From: Gemmatimonadota bacterium
Lineage (GTDB): Bacteria; Gemmatimonadota; Gemmatimonadetes; Longimicrobiales; Gaopeijiaceae
Reading direction: 5' to 3'
DNA: 64,000 nt
Assembly (NCBI GenBank): GCA_024638325.1
Contig: JAHEKM010000001.1
Location: forward strand, 18,279 to 82,278
In this document: positions 28,949 through 38,203 of the stretch, one piece after another
Numbering within the stretch: the first letter of the stretch is position 1
How the letters are laid out: every line of letters starts with the position of its first letter
Program-made: the position numbers and the translations under genes
The notes under the pieces: generated by a model
The model's input: only the letters and a program-made list of their open reading frames with translations
Told to the model about the DNA's origin: nothing
The model's database searches: none

Positions 28949-30304
28949 ATGGAATGCCTGGAGTCCTTCAATCCCGCCAACGGAGAAGTCGTCGGAGAGG
29001 TTCCTCTCACGCCCGTGGAGGACATCCCCGCCATCGTGGACCGTGCGCGGTCCGCGCAGCCCGCCTGGGCGGACCTGGGCCTGGAGGGACGCGGAGAGCT
29101 GCTGAAGCAGACGCTCCCCATCTTCGCAGAGCGCGTGGAGCAACACGCCGCACTGATCACCGCGGAGATGGGCAAGCCCACCAAGGAGAGCATCGGAGAG
29201 GCGAAGTCACTCGGCTGGGGTCTGGACCGGGAGCTCGACGAGATCGTCGGAGCCCTCAGTCCCGAGTTCGTAGAGGACAAGCGTGCTCGAAGCACGATCT
29301 ACCACGATCCGCTCGGCGTCGTCGGCGCCATCACGCCGTGGAACTTCCCGATGTCGATGCCGAGCTGGATGCTGATCCCGTCCCTGGCGGCCGGAAACAC
29401 GGTGGTCTTCAAGCCGTCGGAAGAGACTCCGCTGTGCGGCCAGGCGTACGCGGACGTGCTCAACGAGGTCCTCCCCGAAGACGTGCTGATCGTCGTGCAC
29501 GGCGCGGACGACCAGGGCAAGGCGATCGTGAAGTCCGACGTCGACATGATCGCGTTCACGGGCTCGCGGGAGGCGGGCAAGCACATCATGCGCGAAGCCA
29601 GCTCGTCGCTGAAGCGCCTGGTCCTCGAGCTCGGCGGCAAGGACCCCATGATCGTGCTCGACGACGCCGACATCGAGAAGGCGGCGAAGTTCGCCGCGGT
29701 CAACTCGTTCCGGAACTGCGGACAGGTGTGCGTCTCTACGGAGCGCATCTTCGTCATGGAGGAGATCGCCGATGAGTTCGAGAAGGCACTCTCGGGTATC
29801 GCTGCGGCGATGACCGTGGGAGATGGCGCGGAGGGTGCCGACGTCGGGCCGATGGTGAACGCGCGCCAGCGCGACCACGTGCTCGCGCAGCTCGACGCGG
29901 CGGTGGCGGCCGGCGCCACCGTCGCCGCCGGCGGCACGGGGCACCACGACAACTTCGTCACGCCGACGGTCCTCGTGGGCGTGACCGACGACATGGACAT
30001 CGCCGCAAGCGAGACCTTCGGACCCGTCGCGTGCGTGACCCGCGTGAAGTCGGCGGACGAGGCGGTCGAGCGGGCGAACCACACCCGCTTCGGACTCGGC
30101 GCGGTCGTCTTCGGCGGCGACGAACGGCGGACGGAGGCCGTGGCGCGAAAGCTCACGGCCGGAATGATCGGCGTGAACCGTCCCATCACGGGCGCTACCG
30201 GCACGCCCTGGGTGGGCGCCCGGGAAAGCGGCTTCGGCTTCCACAAGTCGAAGGACGGCCACCGGCAGTTCACCCAGACGCGCGTGGTGACACGACCCGT
30301 CTAG
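28949..30304 (+). CDS. NAD(P)-dependent aldehyde dehydrogenase
   Basis: ITPWNFP, FKPSEETP, FTGSREAGK, ELGGKDP and FRNCGQVCVSTERIF (catalytic Cys) are all present. Confidence 0.92.
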   Translation: MECLESFNPANGEVVGEVPLTPVEDIPAIVDRARSAQPAWADLGLEGRGELLKQTLPIFAERVEQHAALITAEMGKPTKESIGEAKSLGWGLDRELDEIVGALSPEFVEDKRARSTIYHDPLGVVGAITPWNFPMSMPSWMLIPSLAAGNTVVFKPSEETPLCGQAYADVLNEVLPEDVLIVVHGADDQGKAIVKSDVDMIAFTGSREAGKHIMREASSSLKRLVLELGGKDPMIVLDDADIEKAAKFAAVNSFRNCGQVCVSTERIFVMEEIADEFEKALSGIAAAMTVGDGAEGADVGPMVNARQRDHVLAQLDAAVAAGATVAAGGTGHHDNFVTPTVLVGVTDDMDIAASETFGPVACVTRVKSADEAVERANHTRFGLGAVVFGGDERRTEAVARKLTAGMIGVNRPITGATGTPWVGARESGFGFHKSKDGHRQFTQTRVVTRPV

Positions 30305-30319
30305 GCAAGCTTGAGCTCC

Positions 30320-31300
30320 CTAGGGCGTCCTCAGTGGCTCGAGGAAGTCCAGGATCTCATCGAAGAGCGCGTCGGTGGTCTCAGGCGACATGATCTCGCC
30401 GGCGATGACGTGCTCTTCCGGGTCCGTAGAGCCCGTGACGACGTGCATCTCCAACCGCCCGGCCACCAGGCGCGGCAGCTGCTCCTCGGTGGCCTCGGGC
30501 GACACCACCTCGTCGCCGCGCGAGTAGAACACGAGCGTGGGTGGCTCGAGGCTTCCGTCCGGGAGCGAGCGCACGTGGTCGACCAGGGCCATCATCGGGA
30601 GCACGGCACGCGTGGGGTAGCACGTCGTCCAATGGCGTTCCTGTGCGGGGCTCTTCGGCTCGAAGCAGCGCTCCGGGCCCACCACCAGTCGGGCGATGAG
30701 TCCTCCCCAGGGCCAGAGCAGGACCGGTGCAGCGGGGTCCTGGATGCCCAGGTTGGGAGAGATGAGCACGAGCGCAGCGACCCTGCCGGCCGCCTCCTGA
30801 CGCGAAGCCGCCCAGAGCGCCAGGGTGCCGCCGGTGGAGGTGCCGATGAGCACGACCCGTTCGCCGATGTATCCCCCGATCGCCACGGCCTCTGCGGTGT
30901 CGTCGAGCCACGCCTCGGCGTCGACCTCGCCCATGGCGTCGCCGTCCCTGCCGTGTCCCCTCAGGCGGGAGAAGTACACGTTGGCGCCCAGCCCTCGGGC
31001 GAGGTCGCTCACCAACGGCTCGACCTCGTGACGATCCGCTGAGAAGCCGTGCAGGTACACGACCGAAATCGGCGTGACCGCCGGCGCGGAAGGGTCGACC
31101 CACGCGATCGAGCGGGCATCTCCTGGCCTCAGGTCGGGCACCTGCGACTCGCTGCTGGCCAAGTACGCGTCGAGGTCCGCCGGAAGCGACGGCTCGATCC
31201 AGCGGTCGTCCAGGTGGGCCCTCGGGCCCAACAAGAACACCACCAGTAACCCGACGGCCACCCCTCCCCCGACGTACACCGCCCTGGCTCCCCTCGTCAT
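30320..31300 (-). CDS. alpha/beta hydrolase, membrane-anchored
   Basis: N-terminal TM, then VVYLHGFSADRHE and a GTSTGG nucleophile elbow. Start trimmed to the ATG at 31300; the ORF-track start is 31354. Confidence 0.75.
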   Translation of the reverse strand: MTRGARAVYVGGGVAVGLLVVFLLGPRAHLDDRWIEPSLPADLDAYLASSESQVPDLRPGDARSIAWVDPSAPAVTPISVVYLHGFSADRHEVEPLVSDLARGLGANVYFSRLRGHGRDGDAMGEVDAEAWLDDTAEAVAIGGYIGERVVLIGTSTGGTLALWAASRQEAAGRVAALVLISPNLGIQDPAAPVLLWPWGGLIARLVVGPERCFEPKSPAQERHWTTCYPTRAVLPMMALVDHVRSLPDGSLEPPTLVFYSRGDEVVSPEATEEQLPRLVAGRLEMHVVTGSTDPEEHVIAGEIMSPETTDALFDEILDFLEPLRTP

Positions 31301-31526
31301 TCGGTCTGGACCTCTCGGTGAGGAACGGTCGCCGCACCGTGTCGGTACGACCACGAAGCACTCGACGGCGGCCGCCCGGTGAACCTTCGGCCGCCCAACT
31401 CAGCAATCGACGGTAGTCGGCGGTCTTAGTAGCTGCAAACCGAGACATGATCTGGCGGCGTAGGCGCCTCCCAGCCAGGTTGTTTGCCGCGGTCGATCAC
31501 CATTTTTCAGCAGACGGAGCACGACG

Positions 31527-33452
31527 ATGCGACGATTTCCCCCGGCCTGGTACGGTGTACTCGCCCTGGCCGCTGCCCTTGTACTCCCGTCGGCGGCCCA
31601 AGCGCAGCACGGCGCCCCGAACGGTGAGTGGCGGACCTACGGTGGAGACGCGGGGCACACCAGGTACTCGGCGCTCGACCAGATCGACGCCACCAACGCC
31701 GGCGACCTCGAGATCGCCTGGCGCTGGACGGGCCGCAACTTCGGGCCGAACCCGTTCGCCGGAAGCCAGACCACGCCCTTGATGATCGACGGCAAGCTCT
31801 ACGCAACGGTCGGAATGCGACGCGCCGTGGTGGCCCTGGATCCAGGCACCGGTGAGACGCTCTGGACCTGGACGATGGACGAGAGCGACAGGCTCGAGGT
31901 AGCGCCTCGTGTCAACTCTGGGCGCGGGGTGTCGTACTGGTCGGACGGCAACGGGGACGACCGCATCTACGTGATCACGCCGGGTTACCACCTTGCGGCG
32001 TTGGACGCCGAGACGGGCTACCCGGTGGAGGGCTTCGGCGATGGAGGCATCCTCGACCTGAATCGGAATCACCGCACGCGCGACGGCATCCCGCTCGTGG
32101 GCACGATCGGCGCCAGCTCGCCGGCTGCGATCGTCGGTGACGTGGTCGTCGTCGGCTCGGCTCACCACGTCGGCATGCGGCCGCCGTCCATGGTCAACAC
32201 GCCCGGTGACGTGCGCGGCTTCGACGCGCGGACCGGCGAACTGCTATGGACCTTCCACACGATTCCCGAGCCCGGCGAGGCCGGACACGAGACGTGGCTC
32301 GAGGACTCTTGGACGTACACGGGCAACGCCGCGGTCTGGGCGCAGATCGCTTGGGACGAAGAGACGGGCATCGTCTACCTCCCCACGGAGGCCGCGACCG
32401 GCGACTACTACGGTGGTCATCGCCCTGGGAACAACCTGTACTCGACGAGCGTCGTGGCTCTCGACGCCTCGGACGGCGAGATGCTTTGGTACTTCCAGAC
32501 CATCCATCACGACATCTGGGATTGGGACCACCCCACGCATCCGATCCTCGCCGACCTCAACATCGACGGCCGAGATCGGCAGATCGTCGCCCAGATCACG
32601 AAGCAGGGCTTCGTGTTCGTGTTCGACCGCATGACCGGCGAGCCCATCTGGCCCATCGAGGAGCGTCCTGTTCCCCAGGACGCGGCCCCGGGCGAGTGGA
32701 CTTCGCCGACGCAGCCGTTCCCGACGAAGCCGGCACCGTTCACGCCGCAGGGCTTCAGCGAAGAGAACCTCATCGACTTCACGCCCGAGATCTACGCTCG
32801 GGCGGAGGAGATCGCGCGGCAGTATCGCTGGGGCCCGATCTACACTCCACCGTCGGTACGCGACGAAGAGAACGGGACCCTCGGCACGCTCACGCTACCG
32901 GCCTCGACCGGAGGCGCGAACTGGGAGGGCGGCGTTCTCGATCCCGAGACCGGGTACCTCTACATCCCGTCCGTGTCGGCCCCCTCGTTCCTCTCACTCG
33001 TACCGGGTGAGGACCGCTCCGACATGAATTACATCGCGGGCGGCGGCCGCGGGAACCTGGCCCCGGGCGTCTCCATCGTGAAGCCGCCGTGGGGGAGCAT
33101 CACGGCGATCGACCTCACGACGGGCGACCACGCCTGGAGCGTGCCGAATGGCAACACGCCGGACTACGTCGCCGAGCGCCTCGGGATCGACCCGTCGCTG
33201 GTGCCGAACACCGGCAAGCAGGGGCGCGCGAACCTCATGGTGACCAGCACGTTGCTGTTCGCCGGTGAGAGCGTGGACGAGCCGTTCCGCGCCATCGACA
33301 AGGCGACGGGCGAGACCGTCGCGGAGCTCATGCTGCCGGGACCGACGTCCGGAAATCCCATGACGTACATGCACAACGGTCGGCAGTACATCGTCGTAGC
33401 CGTCAGCCCGCGGGGTGCGCCGTCGGAGCTGGTGGCCCTGAGGCTGCCCTAG
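31527..33452 (+). CDS. PQQ-dependent dehydrogenase (quinoprotein, beta-propeller)
   Basis: Signal peptide followed by WRTYGGDAGHTRYSALDQI. Repeated propeller W motifs are present, including NAAVWAQIAWD and DIWDWD. Confidence 0.88.
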   Translation: MRRFPPAWYGVLALAAALVLPSAAQAQHGAPNGEWRTYGGDAGHTRYSALDQIDATNAGDLEIAWRWTGRNFGPNPFAGSQTTPLMIDGKLYATVGMRRAVVALDPGTGETLWTWTMDESDRLEVAPRVNSGRGVSYWSDGNGDDRIYVITPGYHLAALDAETGYPVEGFGDGGILDLNRNHRTRDGIPLVGTIGASSPAAIVGDVVVVGSAHHVGMRPPSMVNTPGDVRGFDARTGELLWTFHTIPEPGEAGHETWLEDSWTYTGNAAVWAQIAWDEETGIVYLPTEAATGDYYGGHRPGNNLYSTSVVALDASDGEMLWYFQTIHHDIWDWDHPTHPILADLNIDGRDRQIVAQITKQGFVFVFDRMTGEPIWPIEERPVPQDAAPGEWTSPTQPFPTKPAPFTPQGFSEENLIDFTPEIYARAEEIARQYRWGPIYTPPSVRDEENGTLGTLTLPASTGGANWEGGVLDPETGYLYIPSVSAPSFLSLVPGEDRSDMNYIAGGGRGNLAPGVSIVKPPWGSITAIDLTTGDHAWSVPNGNTPDYVAERLGIDPSLVPNTGKQGRANLMVTSTLLFAGESVDEPFRAIDKATGETVAELMLPGPTSGNPMTYMHNGRQYIVVAVSPRGAPSELVALRLP

Positions 33453-33477
33453 GTAGCCCAGCGGCAACGAGACGGCC

Positions 33478-33514
33478 GAGGCCGCCGGGGGACAGTGAAG
33501 TCCCCGGCGGCCTC
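33478..33514 (+). terminator. strong GC hairpin downstream of the PQQ dehydrogenase
   Basis: gaggccgccgggggac / gtccccggcggcctc forms a 15-bp stem with one bulge and an approximately 6-nt loop, followed by ttcgta. The U-tract is weak. Confidence 0.5.
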
Positions 33515-33611
33515 TTCGTATGCGCGGTGTCGGCGCACCTCAGGTATGGCACGACGCGGCGAGTCGCCCGAGATTGGGTCTGCCCCCCCAAAGGCGCACT
33601 ACGGAGCACAC

Positions 33612-34094
33612 ATGCCAGGCAGGGAGAAGGCGCAGGGCAGAGAGCACGCGATCGGGCACCCGGCTGTGACCGACTCACAGACGGGACTCGCCAACAGCCT
33701 CCACTTCGACCTCGTGTATTCGTACCTGTTCGCGGGGGGCAACCGCGGGGTGAGCTTCTCGGTGATGCTGATCTCGGCGGGCGGCGAGCCCAGCGCGTCG
33801 GGCGTGAGGTCGCTCGGTGAGAAGATCGAACGTACCACACGCGATTCCGACCTCGTGGCCCACCTGGGGGGCGGGCGCTTCGTCGTGCTCCTGTTGGGGA
33901 CCAACCTCCCAGGCGCCCGCGTGGCGGCGGACAGGTTGGAAACGGCGCTCTCGGGCGATGGCCGTGCCACCGCCAGTATCGGCCTCGCCGTCTACTCCAC
34001 GGACATGAGTGAGCCGTCCGAGCTCCTGGAGTCGGCGGACAAGGCGCTCTCGGCGGCCGAGGCGGCAGGAGGCGGCATCGAGTTCGGGCGCTGA
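33612..34094 (+). CDS. stand-alone degenerate GGDEF-domain protein (GGGRF) with an RxxD I-site
   Basis: DSQTGLANS, then RDSD-LVAHL-GGGRFVVLL, then ADKALSAAEAAG. Start trimmed to the ATG at 33612, downstream of the hairpin at 33478-33514. Confidence 0.7.
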   Translation: MPGREKAQGREHAIGHPAVTDSQTGLANSLHFDLVYSYLFAGGNRGVSFSVMLISAGGEPSASGVRSLGEKIERTTRDSDLVAHLGGGRFVVLLLGTNLPGARVAADRLETALSGDGRATASIGLAVYSTDMSEPSELLESADKALSAAEAAGGGIEFGR

Positions 34095-34116
34095 ACCGGG
34101 CCGCTCCCCGGCACCC

Positions 34117-34476
34117 CTAGCGGTCGACCAGGCGAATCTGGTCGGGACGATTCGGAACGACGCACAAGAACTCGAACGGTTCACCACCTTCGTCGGCGTC
34201 GTAGCTGTGGGGCACGCCGCCCGGGATGAAGACGACGTCGCCGGCCTTCACGTGGTGCATGTCGTCCCCGATCCGTACCCGAGCACTGCCCCGTAGCACG
34301 TACTGCTCGTGCTCGACCTCGTTGGTGTGCATCGGCATGCCGCCACCCGGCTCCATGATGAAGCGCCTCATGGCGAAGTTGGGCCCCTCATCGGGTCCGA
34401 TCAGTACCTGACGCTTGGTGGCGGTACCGGCCGCGACGTCTTCGGTGGGCAGGGAGTCGGCGTGTCGTACGGGCAT
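34117..34476 (-). CDS. cupin-domain protein
   Basis: GGGMPMHTNEVEHEQYVLRG...GDVVFIPGGVPHS gives cupin motifs 1 and 2. Start trimmed to the ATG at 34476 (119 aa). Confidence 0.8.
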   Translation of the reverse strand: MPVRHADSLPTEDVAAGTATKRQVLIGPDEGPNFAMRRFIMEPGGGMPMHTNEVEHEQYVLRGSARVRIGDDMHHVKAGDVVFIPGGVPHSYDADEGGEPFEFLCVVPNRPDQIRLVDR

Positions 34477-34593
34477 CGGGCAATCTCCAGGTCCTTGGTG
34501 CTGATGCGACAAGATGGAGACGCCGGCGCATTCAGCGACAGGCCTGACCGACCACCGCCAGCAGCGACGAGGAAACGAACCGAAGCAAAAAGC

Positions 34594-34623
34594 GACCCGG
34601 TGGAGCCGAAGCTCCACCGGGTC
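34594..34623 (-). terminator. canonical intrinsic terminator on the minus strand
   Basis: The minus strand reads GACCCGGUGGAGC-UUCG-GCUCCACCGGGUC, a perfect 13-bp stem with a UUCG tetraloop, followed by GCUUUUUGC. Confidence 0.7.
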
Positions 34624-34917
34624 CGAGACGAAGCACCTGTGACCCTCCCGCCAACAGGACGCTTCACCTTTGCTTGGGCCCGCCGACAGTCCCTGCCCTG
34701 AACTCCCGACGAACCCCTGGGCCGGCTCCGAGAGACGGAGGGAGTGCTGGACCCCGTCCTCAGGTGTCTGCGCGACCCATTACATCACAAGGCCAAGCTA
34801 GCTGGGGGCACGGGCCGCAACCGTCAGGCAAGGCACTGGCGCACGTGTGGGGGAATCCCCTACAAGACGCCTCACCGGAGGCGCGCGACGATCTACGCGC
34901 CGGGTGCGCCGGACCGA
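34624..34917 (-). other. 294-nt non-coding stretch ending in the terminator; candidate long 3' UTR, sRNA or leader
   Basis: No convincing ORF in any frame. It lies between the stop at 34918 and the terminator at 34594-34623. I could not match it to a known RNA family by eye. Confidence 0.3.
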
Positions 34918-35328
34918 TCAGGAGGGACGGCGGCGGACCGAGATACGCAGGGGAGGCGCAACGCCATAGTGGAAGTGCAGCCGGTTCTCGCCCTCGACGA
35001 TGACGTTGGTCGTCTTCTGCTTCGTCTTCGGCCAGTCGTGGCCCTGCTCGTTGTCGACGACCAGGATCTCGCCTTCACCCAAGGCGCTGCGTAGCTCCTC
35101 GATCTGCGCTTGGAGCTTGTTCAGGAGGACCTCCTCGGTCTCGTCCTGGACATTCCCTTCCGCCTCTGCGACGAGCTCATGCGTGGCGAGGACCTCGTGC
35201 GTGGCATCGAAGTCGTCCGCCGGAATCGACTCCTCCCGGTTGCGACGGAAGGCGACCTCGTTTAGGGCCAACGAGTCGAAGTTGATGTCGACGCTCTGGT
35301 AGGCGGTTCCGTAGCGGCGGAAGATCAT
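34918..35328 (-). CDS. acidic hypothetical protein downstream of the DEAD-box helicase
   Basis: 136 aa with strong GC3 bias, starting 41 nt after the helicase stop. No motif recognised. Confidence 0.55.
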   Translation of the reverse strand: MIFRRYGTAYQSVDINFDSLALNEVAFRRNREESIPADDFDATHEVLATHELVAEAEGNVQDETEEVLLNKLQAQIEELRSALGEGEILVVDNEQGHDWPKTKQKTTNVIVEGENRLHFHYGVAPPLRISVRRRPS

Positions 35329-35369
35329 GGGTGCCTCGTGTGGTGCGCGTTCGTGGACTGGAAGCGGGC

Positions 35370-36710
35370 CTACGAGCCCGGGTTCAGGAGCGCGTCCAGC
35401 TCCTCAGGAGATAGCTCGCTCGCCGAGCGGGAGCCCATGCCGGTGGGCGATCTGGACTTCCGTCCTCGCGCGGCCGCAGCGCGGCTCTCGGTCTGTGGTG
35501 TGCCGGTGTAGTCGAACTGGGGCAGGTGCTGTCGATCGACCGAGCGTCCGAGTCGGTGCTCGAGGCTCTTCAGGGCGCCCAGGTCCGCAGCGGTCACGAA
35601 AGTCACGGCGGTGCCTTCTGCCCCGGCGCGACCGGTGCGTCCGATGCGGTGCACGTAGTCTTCCGGGTCCAGCGGCACATCGTAGTTGACCACGTGGCTG
35701 ATGCCTTCGACGTCCAGGCCGCGCTGAGCGAGGTCGGTCGCGACCAGAACACGAACCTTGCCGGTCGCGAACCGCTCCAGCGCACGCGTCCGCTGCTTCA
35801 TGTGCTTGTCGGAGTGCATGGCGTCGGCGGGAATCCCCTCACGCTGTAGGCGGGCCTCGAGGACATCCGCCGCGGCCTTCGTGCGCGTGAAGATCAGCAC
35901 CTGATCCCAGCCCGGCTGCTGGATCAATTCCAACAACAGGTCGGGCTTCTTCTCGGGCTTCACCGAGTAGAAGAACTCCTCGATCCCCTCGGCAGTGGTG
36001 CCTGGCGGGGTCGCCTCGATCCACACGGCTTCTTTGGTGATCCGGAGTGCGAGGTCATGCACGCCATGTGGCATGGTCGCGCTGAAGAGCATCGTCTGAC
36101 GCTCCCGCGGCATGTCCCGGATGCACTGCTCGATCTGCGGGCGGAACCCCATGTCGAGCATCCGGTCCGCCTCGTCCAGCACGAGATAACCCGCGCGGCT
36201 CAGGTCGACGCGCTTCGACTGGATGTGGTCGATGAATCGACCAGGAGTGGCAACGATCACCTCGAAGCCCGACGACAGCGCGTCGATCTGCGGTCCGTAC
36301 CCTACGCCTCCGAAGATGGCCTGCACTCGAACCTTGGTGCCCTTCGCGAGCGCCTCGGTATCGTCGGCGACCTGCTGGGCGAGCTCCCTCGTCGGGCAGA
36401 GCACCAGGACCTGCAGTCCCTTCCCGGCCTCGAGCCGCTCCAGCGCGGGTATCATGAAGGCCGCCGTCTTGCCGGTCCCGGTCTGGGCGATGCCCACCAC
36501 GTCCACCCCCTCCATACCGGCCGGGATCGCTTTCGCCTGGATCGGGGTGGGGACCGTCCAGCCGATGGCCTCGATCGCGGCGAGCCGCTCGGGCGAGATG
36601 CCGAGGTCTTTGAATCCGACTTGTTCCACAGGGCCTTCTTCGGGGGGGAATCCGTTGGCGCCGATCAGGTGCGGGCACCGAGCGAACAAGGTAACGGGCT
36701 TCCTTGCCAA
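35370..36710 (-). CDS. DEAD-box ATP-dependent RNA helicase (RhlE-like)
   Basis: All catalytic motifs are intact: Q motif PTPIQ, AQTGTGKT, PTRELA, DEAD, SAT and HRIGRTGRAG. The start may be internal, with helicase homology beginning near ..VEQVGFKDLGI. Confidence 0.92.
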   Translation of the reverse strand: MARKPVTLFARCPHLIGANGFPPEEGPVEQVGFKDLGISPERLAAIEAIGWTVPTPIQAKAIPAGMEGVDVVGIAQTGTGKTAAFMIPALERLEAGKGLQVLVLCPTRELAQQVADDTEALAKGTKVRVQAIFGGVGYGPQIDALSSGFEVIVATPGRFIDHIQSKRVDLSRAGYLVLDEADRMLDMGFRPQIEQCIRDMPRERQTMLFSATMPHGVHDLALRITKEAVWIEATPPGTTAEGIEEFFYSVKPEKKPDLLLELIQQPGWDQVLIFTRTKAAADVLEARLQREGIPADAMHSDKHMKQRTRALERFATGKVRVLVATDLAQRGLDVEGISHVVNYDVPLDPEDYVHRIGRTGRAGAEGTAVTFVTAADLGALKSLEHRLGRSVDRQHLPQFDYTGTPQTESRAAAARGRKSRSPTGMGSRSASELSPEELDALLNPGS

Positions 36711-36802
36711 GCGTGTAGGTGAGCTTCAACTTGGCCGCGTCCTCGCGGGGAGCCGACCATGCGGGTCCCCGGACAAGGCCCCCAGTAAGGATCCCACCCC
36801 AC

Positions 36803-37306
36803 ATGGTCGCCGAAGCCTCCGGCTCGTCCCGCACTCGCGTGCTCTTCGTGTGTCTGGGCAACATCTGCCGTTCCCCGCTCGCCGAAGGGGTCTTCGAGCA
36901 CCTCGTCCGCGAGGCAGGACTCGCAGAGGAATTCGACATCGACTCGGCGGGCACCGGCTCGTGGCACGTGGGAGAGCCTCCCGACACGCGCGCATCGATG
37001 GTGGCACGTGAGCACGGGATCGAGCTCCAGAGCCGGGCCCGGCAGGTCACCGCGGAGGACCTGAGCGACTTCGACTACGTCGTGGCGATGGACCGCGAGA
37101 ACCTACGCAGCCTCGAGCGGATGGCGGAAACGACGGACGCGACCGCCGAAATCACTCTGCTGCGGGCCTACGACCCAGACCCGGATGGAGACGAGGTGCC
37201 TGATCCGTACTACGGAGGCGTGAGCGGCTTCGAGAACGTCTACGACATCGTTACGCGCTCCTGCGAGGGCCTCCTCACACGGCTGAGGGCGCTGGCGAGC
37301 CGTTGA
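36803..37306 (+). CDS. low-molecular-weight protein-tyrosine phosphatase
   Basis: VLFVCLGNICRSPLAEG is the CX5R(S) P-loop, and ...DPYYG carries the Asp loop. Start trimmed to the ATG at 36803. Confidence 0.88.
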   Translation: MVAEASGSSRTRVLFVCLGNICRSPLAEGVFEHLVREAGLAEEFDIDSAGTGSWHVGEPPDTRASMVAREHGIELQSRARQVTAEDLSDFDYVVAMDRENLRSLERMAETTDATAEITLLRAYDPDPDGDEVPDPYYGGVSGFENVYDIVTRSCEGLLTRLRALASR

Positions 37307-38196
37307 CCCTCCCGGTCGCCCTCCGCGAGGGCGTCGAACGCGCCCTGGTTGAACTCGGGTTGGGCAACAGCGTGGCGAGCGTGCGCCCGGCCGGCGGAGG
37401 TTGCATCAACAACGGCGCCCGCTTGGACACCGACACCGGTGCGGCGGTCTTCTTGAAATGGAACGCGAGCGCACCCGCGGGCATGTTCGAGGCCGAGGCG
37501 GAGGGGCTCGACGCGCTCAGGGCGGCCGGGCCGCTCCGGGTGCCGGAGCCGTTGGCGTGGGGAGCCGACGGGGGCGCCTCTTGGCTCCTGATGGAGTACG
37601 TGCCGTCCGGTTCCAGCGGCGTCGGCAGCCTGGCCGCACTGGGCACGGGGCTCGCCCGGTTGCACGCCGCCCCGGCTGCCGCGTCGTTCGGCTGGTCGCG
37701 CGACAACTGGATCGGGTCGCTGGAGCAGGTGAACGCGACCGCCGAGAGTTGGTCCGAGTATTGGCGAGACCGGCGCATAGGACCGCAACTCGAGCTCGCG
37801 CGCCGTCAGGGGCGGACCATGGACCCGGTCTTCGACGCCCTTCTCGAGGTCATCCCGCTCGCGCTCGACGACGTCGACCGGCCCGAGCTGATCCACGGCG
37901 ACCTGTGGGGGGGAAACTGGTTCGCGGGAACGGAGGGCGAGCCCGTGCTCATCGATCCCGCGGTGTACCGCGGACACGGCGAGGTCGATCTCGCCATGAG
38001 CGAGCTCTTCGGCGGGTTCGGGGCAGCCTTCTACCAGGCGTACGACCGTGAGCGTGGTGTATCCGCAGCCTACGACGCTTTTCGGCGCGAGCTCTACCAG
38101 CTCTACTACCTACTCGTGCACGTCAACCTGTTCGGCGGAGCCTACGAGGCCGGCTCGCAGCGGGCGGCCGAGAAGGTCCTCGCCCAACTACGCTGA
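37303..38196 (+). CDS. fructosamine/ketosamine-3-kinase family protein
   Basis: GGGCINNGARL...FLKWN...MFEAEAEGL...LIHGDLWGGNW...DPAVYRGHGEVDLAM matches the family. The TTG start overlaps the upstream TGA. Confidence 0.85.
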   Translation: MTLPVALREGVERALVELGLGNSVASVRPAGGGCINNGARLDTDTGAAVFLKWNASAPAGMFEAEAEGLDALRAAGPLRVPEPLAWGADGGASWLLMEYVPSGSSGVGSLAALGTGLARLHAAPAAASFGWSRDNWIGSLEQVNATAESWSEYWRDRRIGPQLELARRQGRTMDPVFDALLEVIPLALDDVDRPELIHGDLWGGNWFAGTEGEPVLIDPAVYRGHGEVDLAMSELFGGFGAAFYQAYDRERGVSAAYDAFRRELYQLYYLLVHVNLFGGAYEAGSQRAAEKVLAQLR

Positions 38197-38203
38197 CCGC
38201 CTC

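Noticed and set aside
28321-30315. Repeated 10-mer CAAGCTTGAG at 28321 and 30306, both in short intergenic spacers.
   Set aside because: A single 10-mer recurrence is expected by chance many times over in 64 kb, and there is no extended similarity around it.
34401-34667. 88-aa minus-strand ORF spanning the terminator hairpin.
   Set aside because: It reads straight through a perfect 13-bp stem-loop and overlaps the cupin start. Its composition is Gly/Ser/Arg/Pro-rich with no motif.
34477-34917. I tested whether the non-coding stretch is tmRNA, RNase P RNA, SRP (4.5S) RNA or a common riboswitch (cobalamin, glycine, c-di-GMP-I, ykkC, ZTP, fluoride, yybP-ykoY).
   Set aside because: None of the signature motifs I remember is present on either strand. 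These include GGGGCTGA...TCCACCA, GAGGAAAGTCCGG, GGTCCGGAAGGAAGCAGC and the B12 box. The region is kept only as an unclassified candidate RNA.
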